A stretch of DNA of 64,000 nucleotides, from NCBI GenBank assembly GCA_002269645.1, contig NIVC01000023.1:1302001-1366000 (forward strand), read 5' to 3'. Every line of letters starts with the position of its first letter. Position 1 is the first letter of the stretch. The notes beneath the pieces are model-generated. The model had not been told where the DNA came from, made no database searches, and worked only from the letters and a program-made list of their open reading frames with translations. The DNA comes from Macrostomum lignano (taxonomy: Eukaryota). Both the position numbers and the translations under genes were made by a program. This document shows, one piece after another, positions 11,706 through 47,499 of this stretch.

Positions 11706-13408
11706 AGCCCGCAGAAACCCGCCCTGTGTCTCCGCTACATTGATGATATCTTCGGCGTGTGGCGCGGGACGGAAGACGAACTGATCCGCTTCCACGGACT
11801 CCTTGATGCCCTTGACCCGAATATTAGACTGCAACTCAACTACGGCAGCACGGAGGTGGTCTTTTTGGGCACCACCGTCTTCTGGGTCCGCGAGGGCGAC
11901 GTTAAGCGCTTGGCAACCAAGGTGTATTTCAAGCCGACCGACAGCCGAACGCTCATTCACCGCGACTCTTTCCACCCGAAGCGGACGTTCCGGGGCGTGG
12001 TGAAGTCCCAGCTCTTCAGATACGCCCGGCGGTGTTCCCGGATGGCCGATTTCGACGCAGCGTGCACCGGGCTGTTTTCAAGTCTGGTGCAACACCAGGG
12101 CTACAATCGGCGGTTCCTGCGCACGATTAAGTACGAGGTGCTGGCGGAGCTGGGCTTCTACCCGACAAGGCGGTGGGAATTCGGCTTTCTGCCGTGCAAC
12201 CCGACCCGGCTGTGCAGGTGCTGCCAGACACACGCCAGGTTCGCCTGCGTCTGCCCCGGATCAGCAGCCACGACAGTCCAGCTCATCATCAGTCAGCGGA
12301 TCGACTGCAACGCCACCAACGCCGTCTACGCCGTGTTCTGCCGGACTACACGGTCTACGTAGGCGAGACCGCCAACAGCATCCGCGGCCGCATGCTGGCG
12401 CACATCGGCGACATCCGGTACGCCCGTTACACTCCGGTGGCCCGCCATTTCACCAGTGATGGCCACAGTCTGGCGGACTTCGCCTTCACCGGCATCTGGT
12501 CACGTGATGGCACGGGACCCAGAGCAAACGAGCGGCGGCAGCGCCACGAGGCCAAGCTCATCGAGGTGTTAAAGATTCGAGCCCCGCACGGCGTCAACGA
12601 GCTTTCCGGCACGCTGCATAACCCGGCCATCCCGCTGATCCTGCCCCATTGTGCGAGGTCGGACGCCCTGGTGGCCGCGGTGAAGGACCGCGTGGCCCGG
12701 CACTGTGAGGCCCCGGTGCTGCCCTCCTACACCAAAGGACGGAACCTCCGGCAGCTGCTCTGTCCCAGTCGACTGGAGTCCACCACTGATTGATTTTTTT
12801 TCTTTTGATTTTTTACTTTCCTTGCTACTTAGCTTTGTCAAGACCGTGCTGGCACCTACCTAGCCTTTTATTGCTCCTTTGTTAGAAATTTTTTTATTCT
12901 CATCGCTAGTCCAAGGTCAGCTTTTGTATATTCTCAGCATTTATCCTGCATCTACATTTCTATTGCTTTTTGACACCCTGCACATTTTTATTACACTTTT
13001 TACTTTTACTCTTTTGCTTATCGTACAATTGCTCTTTTTCAGTTTTTGAGGGCCTTTTCACCTTATTTATTCATTTATTGATTTACTGCTTATTTATTTA
13101 TTGAGGTCCATTTTATTTAGAGCTTGGAGTCACTCATTCCCTTTTTAGACACCAGTGCAGTTGCACCGCTCCAATATTTATTTCGCGTGTAGGGTGTACA
13201 TACTTACCGTACGCTCTCTATCCACCTGTCTACTCTCTCTCCTCTCTAACCCCGCCTATTTAATAACTTTTACAACGCCACTTGTCACTACTTTTCACTT
13301 ACCTTGGACGAAGAAATATAATAATTTCGAAATTGAATATCGACAATTCAATTAAACTGACTTTCTTCAGTCCTTTCTACCGTTACCGTGTCAGTGCCTG
13401 AGATTGGA

Positions 13409-13412
<4 letters not shown>
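11706..13412 (+). mobile_element. 5'-truncated Penelope-like retroelement: RT C-half, Cys-rich linker, GIY-YIG endonuclease, 3' UTR/pLTR
   Basis: RYIDDIF catalytic motif, FLG, VYFKPT..HRDSFHP thumb, C-x5-C-x-C-C cluster, NAVYAVFC, then after a 1-nt frameshift near 12345 VYVGET..RM..H..RHF..HE..L.I.APHGVN. ORF ends at 12793. Confidence 0.88.
13303..13357 (+). ncRNA. Degenerate hammerhead-ribozyme-like motif in the Penelope 3' end
   Basis: tgGACGA-a-[GAAAT ataata ATTTC]-GAAA-[TTGAAT atcgaca ATTCAA]-TT, overlapping an ATTAAA. Stems II and III pair fully; the CUGA core is altered and stem I is weak. Confidence 0.4.
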
Positions 13413-13469
<57 letters not shown>

Positions 13470-13730
13470 CATGCCTCCCTTATCTATCTCTCTACATGCC
13501 TCTCTCATCTCTCTCTCCATGTCTCTCATCTCTCTCTCCATCTCTCTCTCCATCTCTCTCTTATCTCTCTCCATGTCTCTCTTATCTCTCTCTCCATGTC
13601 TCTCTTATCTCTCTCCATGTCTCTCTTATCTCTCTCCATGTCTCTCATCTCTCTTTCCATGTCTCTCCTCTCTCTCTCTCCATGTCTCTTATCTCTCTTC
13701 ATGTCTCTCTTATCTCTCTTCAAGTCTCTC

Positions 13731-13799
<69 letters not shown>

Positions 13800-13860
13800 C
13801 GTCTCTCCTCTTTCTCTCTATGTCTCTCATCTCTCCCCATGTCTTTTTTTCCCTCTCTCT
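13413..13860 (+). repeat. Compound (CT)n microsatellite, right flank of the Penelope-like element
   Basis: Same internal landmark (cgccatgcctc..tctctacatgcctct) as the left flank. Confidence 0.92.
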
Positions 13861-13943
13861 TTATGTCTCTTTAATCTTTCCGTGTCTGTCTCTCACTCCC
13901 ATGACTCAAGCTATCTCTATATTTCTGTATTCTCCTCTTTTAC

Positions 13944-14341
13944 TCATAAAATGTATGCACCATCAACCAACTGATCATCTTTCCTCCCATTCAATCTCAC
14001 CCGAAGCGATTCGGCACCGCTGACCCTCCTCCTTGGCTGAAATCCGCGATCCATGTCTCTTAGCAGCCGCCTTCGCCGGCCTCCATCCGCAGCCGAGTTC
14101 ATGAGCAGCAGTTCAATCCCGCCAGCAGCGCCGGCAGCCGCTAATCCTGTCAGCAGGGCTAGGAAAGCGCCGCCAACGTGCTCAATGGACAGCTCGAGCA
14201 TTCCTTGGCTGCGATGACCGGAGCTGGCGCAGCTGAGGTCAGCCTTGGCCGGATGGAGGTAGGCCATTTTTAGCCTGACCAGCTGCTGTGACTGCTGCAT
14301 CAGCAGAATCTCCTCGGAGAGCAGGTCGGTGTAGGGGGAAC
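13944..14341 (-). CDS. Paralogous iGluR exon (end of S2, M4, C-tail): candidate alternative last exon of the glutamate receptor
   Basis: Phase-1 acceptor attgtag|GT TCC CCC TAC; reads GSPYTDLLSEEILLMQQSQ..LSC..LSIEHVGGAFLALLTGL..GIELLL..GAYIL*, alignable with exon 12 (GSPYVDVFSETILELQKSQ..KPC..LGLEQIGGAFIILTAG..GVEF). Confidence 0.75.
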
Positions 14342-14365
14342 CTACAATTATCAATGGTAGTGTGC

Positions 14366-15240
14366 TGTCACCGGGGGCTACAGCCTTTGCTGTCACTGGG
14401 GGCTACAGCCTTTGCTGTCACTGGGGGCTACAGCCTTTGCTGTCACTAGGGGCTACAGCCTTTGCTGTCACTGGGGGCTACAGCCTTTGCTGTCACTGGG
14501 GGCTACAGCCTTTGCTGTCACTGGGGGCTACATACAGCCTTTGCTGTCACTGGGGGCTACATACAGCCTTTGCTGTCACTGGGGGCTACAGCCTTTGCTG
14601 TCACTGGGGGCTACAGCCTTTGCTGTCACTGGGGGCTACAGCCTTTGCTGTCACTGGGGGCTACAGCCTTTGCTGTCACTGGGGGCTACAGCCTTTGCTG
14701 TCACTGGGGGCTACAGCCTTTGCTGTCACTGGGGGCTACATACAGCCTTTGCTGTCACTGGGGGTTACAGCCTTTGTTGTCACTGAGAGCTACAGCCTTT
14801 GCTTTCACCGGGGCTACAGACTACAGGCTACAGCCTGTACTGTCGCTGGGACTACAGCCTTTTATTTCACTGAGAGCTACAGCCTTTGCTTTCACCGGGG
14901 CTACAGGCTACAGGCTACAACCTGTACTGTCACTGAGAGCTACAGCCTTTGCTTTCACCGGGGCTACAGACTACAGGCTACAGCCTGTACTGTCGCTGGG
15001 ACTACAGCCTTTTATTTCACTGAGAGCTACAGCCTTTGCTTTCACCGGGGCTACAGACTACAGGCTACAGCCTGTACTGTCGCTGGGACTACAGCCTTTT
15101 ATTTCACTGAGAGCTACAGCCTTTGCTTTCACCGGGGCTACAGACTACAGGCTACAGCCTGTACTGTCGCTGGGACTACAGCCTTTTCTTTCACTGAGAG
15201 CTACAGCCTTTGCAGTCATCGAGGCTACATACAGCCTATC
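14366..15240 (+). repeat. 25-bp minisatellite (ggctacagcctttgctgtcactggg) grading into an ~87-bp derived unit
   Basis: Direct reading; unit changes near 14780. Confidence 0.93.
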
Positions 15241-15710
15241 CTGTCACCGGGTCAAACAGCCCTATACTATTTCAATATCATCGAATCTGGAAGTACATCT
15301 GCAGTCTCCTTACAGAATTTCCCCAAATTATTTTTTGGTCATTGTAATAAATTTTCATTTAGAATTCTAGCCACGAGTATACTTCTAAAGTGCATTTCAT
15401 GCATATAATTTTGTTAAAACAAAAGCACTTTCTTAAATTTCTCTTGTATATCGTGCAAGAAACAAACCGAATGTTAGGAAATGATAGAAATAAGAATGCA
15501 AACAGGAAAAACTTTATAGACACTAAAATGCCTTGCAGCATTATATGCAACATAAGTGTTAGTAAGTAACGTACCCAAAAAAACTTGCAATATATTTTAC
15601 AGATTCCACAGTAAATAAGGCTATACAACAAAACAGAAACAACCACAAAAGACGAGACTAAGAGACTAAAAAAGCTGAGTCACAAATTTTGTTAGTTCGT
15701 GTGGAAACAT

Positions 15711-39785
<24,075 letters not shown>

Positions 39786-39859
39786 TGCGTCCTGGACGTG
39801 TCCGAGGAATCTGAGGGATGAGGATTGACATGACAACTGACCTAGTTTAGTTGACTTTC

Positions 39860-39997
39860 TGCTGCCATTAGGGTAGCTTGGGGTCTGATTGGGTAGCTTG
39901 GGGTCTGATTGGGTAGCTTGGGGTCTGATTGGGTAGCTTGGGGTCTGATTGGGTAGCTTGGGGTCTGATTGGGTAGCTTGGGGTCTGATTGGGTAGA
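39860..39997 (+). repeat. 20-bp minisatellite (gggtagcttggggtctgatt)
   Basis: About 6 units. Confidence 0.9.
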
Positions 39998-40444
39998 TGC
40001 AGTTGCATACCAAACAAGGTAGATTCAGTTTGAACAGGGCGAATTCGTTTCTAGGAAACAGGATATCATCAACACCTGAAATCCCCCTGTTAAACAGCAG
40101 TCTGGCTCTATTCAAAATCCGACTTCAATTCATTGGAAGCAGAATTTGATTAGCACCTGTCCGCGAGACGATTTGAGTGGGTGGAGCGAAGAGTCTGTTG
40201 AATTTCCCAGGGGAAATATGCTCTCCGGCCTTGAAGGGCTGTCGAAGGTTACTTGACAATATCTCCCCAGCGGACGCGAGCGATGCCTGATGCAGAATGC
40301 CGGCTATTTGCCTTCCGTGTTTGCCCATCCGACAATTGCTTCTGCTGCACTTGTAGCTTCCCTTGTAGTCTTTCCGGTGGGGAAGAGAAGAGTAAAGAAA
40401 AATTTTGTACGATCGAAAAGCCCGAGAGGGCTCTATGCCTGATA

Positions 40445-40975
40445 CATATTGGAAACAGACAAACAGCACATTCAACACATGATTTTACCCTGAAATGAAA
40501 CAGACAAACAGCACATTCAACACATGATTTTACCCTGAAATGAAACAGACAAACAGCACATTCAACACATGATTTTACCCTGAAATGAAACAGACAAACA
40601 GCACATTCAACACATGATTTTAACCTGAAATGAAACAGACAAACAGCACATTCAACACATGATTTTAACCTGAAATGAAACAGACAAACAGCACATTCAA
40701 CACATGATTTTACCCTTTAATGAAACAAATAAACAGCACATTCAACACATGATTTCACCCTGAAATGAAACAGATAAACAGCACATTCAACACATGATTT
40801 TACCCTGAAATGAAACAGACAAATAGCACATTCAATACATTAATTCACTTTGTAATCAAGCAGACAACCAGCACATTTAACACTTGATTTTACCCTGAAA
40901 TGAAACAGACAATCAGCACATTAAATACATGATTTTACCCTACAAGGAAACAGACACACAGCACATTCAGTACAT
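40445..40975 (+). repeat. 45-bp minisatellite (aaacagacaaacagcacattcaacacatgattttaccctgaaatg)
   Basis: About 11-12 units, diverging toward the right. Confidence 0.92.
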
Positions 40976-41869
40976 GATTTTACGGTTCAATAAAACAGAC
41001 ACACAATGTATAATCCCATTGGCATTCTTTGCATCCGCTAATGCTGATAACTTTCAAATCCCATTCAGAAGGATTATAGCCAAAAAGGATATTGCAAATT
41101 CCAAAGCAGAGAAGGCAGTTCTCTCTTTTATTCCTTTTATCCCTGTGCCAGCAGAATAGCTTTTGAAGAAGGGGATTGGAACTCAGTGGGGAGTTCGAGG
41201 CACTGGGGAAAGTTGCCATGCAATACGTGAAGTTTTTTGGATGGCAGCTGGGGAGCACAGGAGGCGCCCTGAGCTCCGATTGTCGGAGCAAACGGGATGA
41301 GTAGAAAATGGAAGAGCGAAAAGCGGGAAGAAATCTGCAAAAAATCTCTCCCATATACTCTCGCTAGCATATTCCCCGAAGAGAAGGAATGATGATGCGG
41401 ATGGGAGAAACGGAGAGATGGCGGATGCAAGGTCATAAATATCCCTTCAGCTGCTGCTCCTGGGGCGCACTGGTCTCGCTCCGGTCTCGCTAAAATGCAA
41501 TTGCCGCCCGCTCAGCTCATTTGCATTTTGCTAATACTACCGCAGAGAACCGGGGGGTCCCAGATCCTGTCCAATGCTCCGTCGAGTAAAAAACAGAAGT
41601 TTTATTATTCACGAACTCGGGACGAGCTGGAGCATAATCTCCTCAGATTTATTTTAGCCTCTCTGTCTGTCCTGCCTACCCAGGGGTCTCTCGATTACTC
41701 CTGCACCAGAAAAATCTGTGATACTGTACTTGTTACTGCTGCTCCTGTTCTGCTCTGAACCTTGAGTTGTGTCGCAAGATAATAAACTGAAAATATTGAC
41801 CAAAATTATCAATATTTTCGAATAATAGATTTGATTAAGTCAAATGGTACATTAACAGTTCACTATCCT

Positions 41870-42720
41870 GCCTTGCAGTTCATTACCCTACATTCCAGAC
41901 CATAATACTAAATTCCAGTTCATTATCCTACATTCCAGACCATTATCCTACATTCCAGTTCATTATCCTACATTCCAGTTCATTATCCTACATTCCAGTT
42001 CATTATCCTACATTCCAGTTCATTATCCTACATTCCAGTTCATTATCCTACATTCCAGTTCATTATCCTACATTCCAGTTCATTATCCTACATTCCAGTT
42101 CATTATCCTACATTCCAGTTCATTATCCTACATTCCAGTTCATTATCCTACATTCCAGTTCATTATCCTACATTCCAGTTCATTATCCTACATTCCAGTT
42201 CATTATCCTACATTCCAGTTCATTATCCTACTATCCAGTTCATTATTCTACACTCTAGTTCATTATCCTACACTCTAGTTCATTATCCTACACTCTAGTT
42301 CATTATCCTACACTCTAGTTCATTATTCTACATTCCAGTTCATTATTCTACACTCTAGTTCATTATCCTACACTCTAGTTCATTATCCTACACTCTAGTT
42401 CATTATCCTACATTCCAGTTCATTATTCTACATTCCAGTTCATTATTCTACATTCCAGTTCATTATTCTACATTCCAGTTCATTATCCTACACTCTAGTT
42501 CATTATTCTACATTCCAGTTCATTATTCTACATTCCAGTTCATTATTCTACATTCCAGTTCATTATTCTACATTCCAGTTCATTATTCTACATTCCAGTT
42601 CATTATTCTACATTCCAGTTCATTATTCTACATTCCAGTTCATTATTCTACATTCCAGTTCATTATTCTACATTCCAGTTCATTATTCTACATTCCAGTT
42701 CATTATCTTACATCCCAATT
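41870..42720 (+). repeat. 20-bp minisatellite (cattatcctacattccagtt)
   Basis: Direct reading. Confidence 0.95.
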
Positions 42721-43029
42721 TTCGAATATATTTTCGCTAATTTACCAATAGGGGAAAATCTTGATTAGTAAAATTATTTGGGCTCAGCTTAGAGCCGCTG
42801 GCTTGATGGATGTGTTTGGGCGGGGAGGGGGGTTATCAGGCCGCTAATACTAAGCAGAGTCTGCTACCAATGTAATTAAAAGTTTATCGCACAGATGACG
42901 GCTAATTTTCTAATTGCCATAGCAGCTTATAATTAGTTCGACTTTACGTGCTGATAAATAAGTTTAGATGACTATTCAGCCGGAGAATACAGTAATAATC
43001 TCCTCAGTCCCAGAAGTCCTTCATCTCTG

Positions 43030-43745
43030 ATGGGCGCCATTCTTTCCTAGCGGGCGCCATTCTTTTCTAGCGGGCGCCATTCTTTTCTAGCGGGCGCCAT
43101 TCTTTCCTAGTGGGCGCCATTCTTTTCTAGCGGGCGCCATTCTTTTCTAGCGGGCGCCATTCTTTCCTAGTGGGCGCCATTCTTTCCTAGCGGGCGCCAT
43201 TCTTTTCTAGCGGGCGCCATTCTTTTCTAGCGGGCGCCATTCTTTTCTAGTGGGCGCCATTCTTTCCTAGTGGGCGCCACTCTTTTCTAGCGGGCGCCAT
43301 TCTTTTCTAGCGGGCGCCATTCTTTCCTAGTGGGCGCCATTCTTTCCTAGCGGGCGCCATTCTTTTCTAGCGGGCGCCATTCTTTTCTAGCGGGCGCCAT
43401 TCTTTCCTAGTGGGCGCCATTCTTTTCTAGCGGGCGCCATTCTTTTCTAGCGGGCGCCATTCTTTCCTAGTGGGCGCCATTCTTTCCTAGTGGGCGCCAC
43501 TCTTTTCTAGCGGGCGCCATTCTTTCCTAGCGGGCGCCACTCTTTCCTAGTGGGCGCCATTCTTTCCTAGTGGGCGCCATTCTTTCCTAGTGGGCGCCAT
43601 TCCATTCTTATGAACGCCATTCCATTCTGATGAACGCCATTTTATTCTTATGAGCGCCATTCCATTCTGATGAACGCCATTTTATTCTTATGAGCGCCAT
43701 TCCATTCTGATGAACGCCATTCCCTCCTGATGGGCGCCATTTGCT
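43030..43745 (+). repeat. 20-bp minisatellite (gggcgccattcttttctagc) grading into an ~18-bp variant
   Basis: Direct reading. Confidence 0.93.
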
Positions 43746-44195
43746 CCCGTTGGGCGCCACAGCCCAAAAGTTTTCAATAAAAAAGCCATACAAAATTTCC
43801 TGACGCGCAGAGAATGCAAAAGAAGATGCTGAAGAATAAAAGTAGAACTATAACGGTGAAAGCCGTTTTTCGGAGGTTGATCAAATAAATTTTCATTTTT
43901 CCCAAAGAAGGGTGAAAGCACTGTAAGGAGAGGAGAGGAGAGGAGAGATCTTGCGATGCCTATTAGCTAAAGAAGACAAGCGGCAATGCCAGGCCAAGGT
44001 AGCTGTTTGTTTGCTCAGAGCAATAAAAAAGAGAGCTGCAGAGCCGAAGGGGTGCAGCGGTTGGCAACCAGCTGCTGTTGTCCCGCTTCAGTCGCTCCCA
44101 CAGCTTGCGGCTGAGGCAAAACCCGGTGCACTCTGCAGGCAGCTAAGGATGCTTGTGGGATGCGACGGGGCGCCAAGATGCAGGAATTTTATGCA

Positions 44196-44700
44196 GATTA
44201 GCAATCCATTCTGTTCCTTCACACAGCAGATATGGCTATAGATTAGCAATCCATTGTTCCTTCACCCTGCAGATATGGCTATAGATTAGCAATCCATTCT
44301 GTTCCTTCACCCAGCAGATATGGCTATAGATTAGCAATCCATTCTGTTCCTTCATCCAGCAGATATGGCTATAGATTAGCAATCCATTCTGTTCCTTCAT
44401 CCAGCAGATATGGCTATAGATTAGCAATCCATTCTGTTCCTTCACCCAGCAGATATGGCTATAGATTAGCAATCCATTCTGTTCCTTCACCCAGCAGATA
44501 TGGCTATAGATTAGCAATCCATTCTGTTCCTTCACCCAGCAGATATGGCTATAGATTAGCAATCCATTCTGTTCCTTCATCCAGCAGATATGGCTATAGA
44601 TTAGCAATCCATTCTGTTCCTTCACCCAGCAGATATGGCTATAGATTAGCAATCCATTCTGTTCCTTCACCCAGCAGATATGGGCTACAGATTAGCAATC
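44196..44700 (-). repeat. 45-bp minisatellite, same unit as 1-306, reverse orientation
   Basis: About 11 units. Confidence 0.95.
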
Positions 44701-45604
44701 CACTTCATTCTCAGCAAGAACCGGGAAGATGAATTGATAAAGAGCAGATTACATGAAACGTTAGATTAGGCTAATCTGAAGGGCTTATAAGCCTAGATAT
44801 TAAAATCTACTTGCATACTCATTAGATAAAAGGAGCTTTTCCAAAGCAGGCAATTTCAATTTTACGATCTCATGCATCTCAGAATTGGTTTATTAGGCCC
44901 TTTGCTGCTAACATCCCAGGCGAAAGCCGAAATTTCGTTCGTGTTCTGTGATTCGGAGTGCGAATGCAGTTACTAATGCTGTTCCAAGACTTGCCGATCT
45001 GTTTATTAGGCTTGTCGTTCTTTGCGTAGATGGTTGAGATGAGGACTCGATCCAGTTCTGTATAAGCTCTAGGGAAGAAAGTAGTGAAGTCGTAGCTATA
45101 TGATATTTTCCCCAAAATATGATTGAGAAATCACGACAGACCCGATAGTCACTGCGCAGCGCTGAGCAGCAATCACGAATCGAGTTTGACTCTGCTGGTT
45201 TGACTCACCAAATCCGCCAGTGACGCTGCGCTTGTGTAGCAATTGATTGATTCAATCAACAAATTCTCGGCAGCGCTGGAGGCGGCACGCGGCAACACGC
45301 GATGCAGATGAGCAGTCGGGATTGGGATATTAGAGCAAAGCAGGGAGTGAGAGAGGGAACTGGAGAGACCAGTACTCAGCCTACTCAATCAGGTGGACTG
45401 CAGTCAGACGCCTGCGTTGGATTCTTTCTTAGGGTTTTCTCCCCACGTAGCTGTCGGTGGGTAGCGAATGGCATCAAGGCAGAAGTCTGCGCTGCACTGA
45501 TTGGTTGAGCCATGCAGCTCTGTCAGCTCTGTTGGAGCCAAGCTTTTTGGCAACTCGAAACTTTATGTCGAATTTAGGTTTTTATAAAACATGCTAGAAT
45601 ACTT

Positions 45605-46540
45605 TTGTCACTGTCTTACTGAAGTGTCTCAAAGAGGAACCTCACTGTCTTACTGAAGTGTCTCAAAGATGAACTTCATACACTGTCTTACTGAAGTGTC
45701 TCAAAGAGGAAACTCACTGTCTTACTGAAGTGTCTCAAAGAGAAACCTCACTGTCTTACTGAAGTGTCTCAAAGAGGAACCTCACTGTCTTACTGAAGTG
45801 TCTCAAAGATGAACCTCACTGTCTTACTGAAGTGTCTCAAAGAGGAACCTCACTGTCTTACTGAAGTGTCTCAAAGAGGAACCTCACTGTCTTACTGAAG
45901 TGTCTCAAAGAGGAACCTCACTGTCTTACTGAAGTGTCTCAAAGAGGAACCTCACTGTCTTACTGAAGTGTCTCAAAGATGAACCTCATGTACTGTCTTA
46001 CTAAAGTGTCTCAAAGATGAACCTCACTGTCTTACTGAAGTGTCTCAAAGATGAACCTCATGCACTGTCTTACTGAAGTGTCTCAAAGATGAACCTCATG
46101 CACTGTCTTACTGAAGTGTCTCAAAGATGAACCTCATGCACTGTCTTACTGAAGTGTCTCAAAGATGAACCTCACTGTCTTACTGAAGTGTCTCAAAGAT
46201 GAACCTCACTGTCTTACTGAAGTGTCTCAAAGAGGAACCTCACTGTCTTACTGAAGTGTCTCAAAGAGGAACCTCACTGTCTTACTGAAGTGTCTCAAAG
46301 AGGAACCTCACTGTCTTACTGAAGTGTCTCAAAGAGGAACCTCACTGTCTTACTGAAGTGTCTCAAAGATGAACCTCATGTACTGTCTTACTAAAGTGTC
46401 TCAAAGATGAACCTCACTGTCTTACTGAAGTGTTTCAAAGATGAACCTCGTGCACTGTCTTACTGAAGTGTCTCAAAGATGAACCTCATGCACTGTCTTA
46501 CTGAAGTGTCTCGAAAGGAACCTCGCTGTCTTACTGAGGT
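45605..46540 (+). repeat. 34-bp minisatellite (ctcactgtcttactgaagtgtctcaaagaggaac)
   Basis: Direct reading. Confidence 0.95.
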
Positions 46541-46929
46541 CATCCCAATAAATTGTCGCATTTCAATCAGCAGTGAATGATGGACAGACAGGGATAATGC
46601 CATCGCTGACAAGCCAATCTTACACATGTAAAAAGCAGTCAAACGAACCAGAAGTTTGATTTACAATTGCGTGTAGTAGCCATTGATACTGTAAGCCACG
46701 GTGAAGCAAAATGATTTACAGAAGGAAGATTGCCAATTCATGGAATGGCTTCCTGTCACCGATTAGTCCCGAGGCTAATCCGAAATTAAGCGAACAGATT
46801 TCAGGCAGAACTGCTATTACAACACAGTTATGATCCGCAGGATTCCAACTAATTTAGTTAATAGATTGAACGACCTAGGTTCGATTCGGCCACATTTATT
46901 TAAGGCTTACAGAGACATGAAGGCCAATG

Positions 46930-47060
46930 CCCCAAGGCGCTGAGAGTGTACATGCCTGGCCGATTAGACAGTCAAGGCCGCTGTACACCCTGTGTGAGCG
47001 AGTGTACACTACTGGCGCGCTTGCGTGTGCTCAGGAGTCGGCGGAATGGGCATGGATTTG
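46930..47060 (-). repeat. Dispersed repeat, copy 3
   Basis: Reverse complement of part of 1070-1210. Confidence 0.65.
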
Positions 47061-47499
47061 CAGTCAGCGCTGGTTGGTGGGACGATGCCGTCACACTATA
47101 AGAACACAGCATACTGTATGCAGTTTCTGGCAAATCAAAACGCAAAGCTACGCCCCAACGTGATGCAGCGCAGAAGTCCGACAGGTTTGGCAATTAGTGG
47201 CAGTACAGCTGATTAGAAGTGATTCTGGGCTGCCTTTGATTAACTTGCCAACTGCAGGTTAAACATCCCTCATCAGTTACCAGGGCATGCGCCTGCTGAT
47301 GTTGCTTGCCAGGCATTACGAGCGTATTATGGATCTGCGAACCAGCTGCTGGTTTAGCTGGCTTATTATATGGGATTATGGATGCTAGGATAGTGGCCAT
47401 GGCCAATAAACGAATTTAAAACAGTCCAGGGGTCTGCAGGTAAAAAACTACAGTACCTAATTGGTTTAAAAGCTATAAGCAGCTGATTGGAACTTATGA

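Noticed and set aside
41519-41526. Octamer ATTTGCAT upstream of the iGluR gene
   Set aside because: A single 8-mer is expected by chance in 64 kb, and the transcription start is unknown.
43960-45400. Possible small minus-strand gene (exon-like segments near 45190-45270, 44990-45078 and 43960-44140)
   Set aside because: Splice-like signals exist, but I could not build a unique phase-consistent model or recognise any homology.
45605-46540. CRISPR-like appearance of 33-45-bp repeats (also 49130-49590 and 50330-50720)
   Set aside because: Units are head-to-tail with no unique spacers, there are no cas genes, and the context is eukaryotic.
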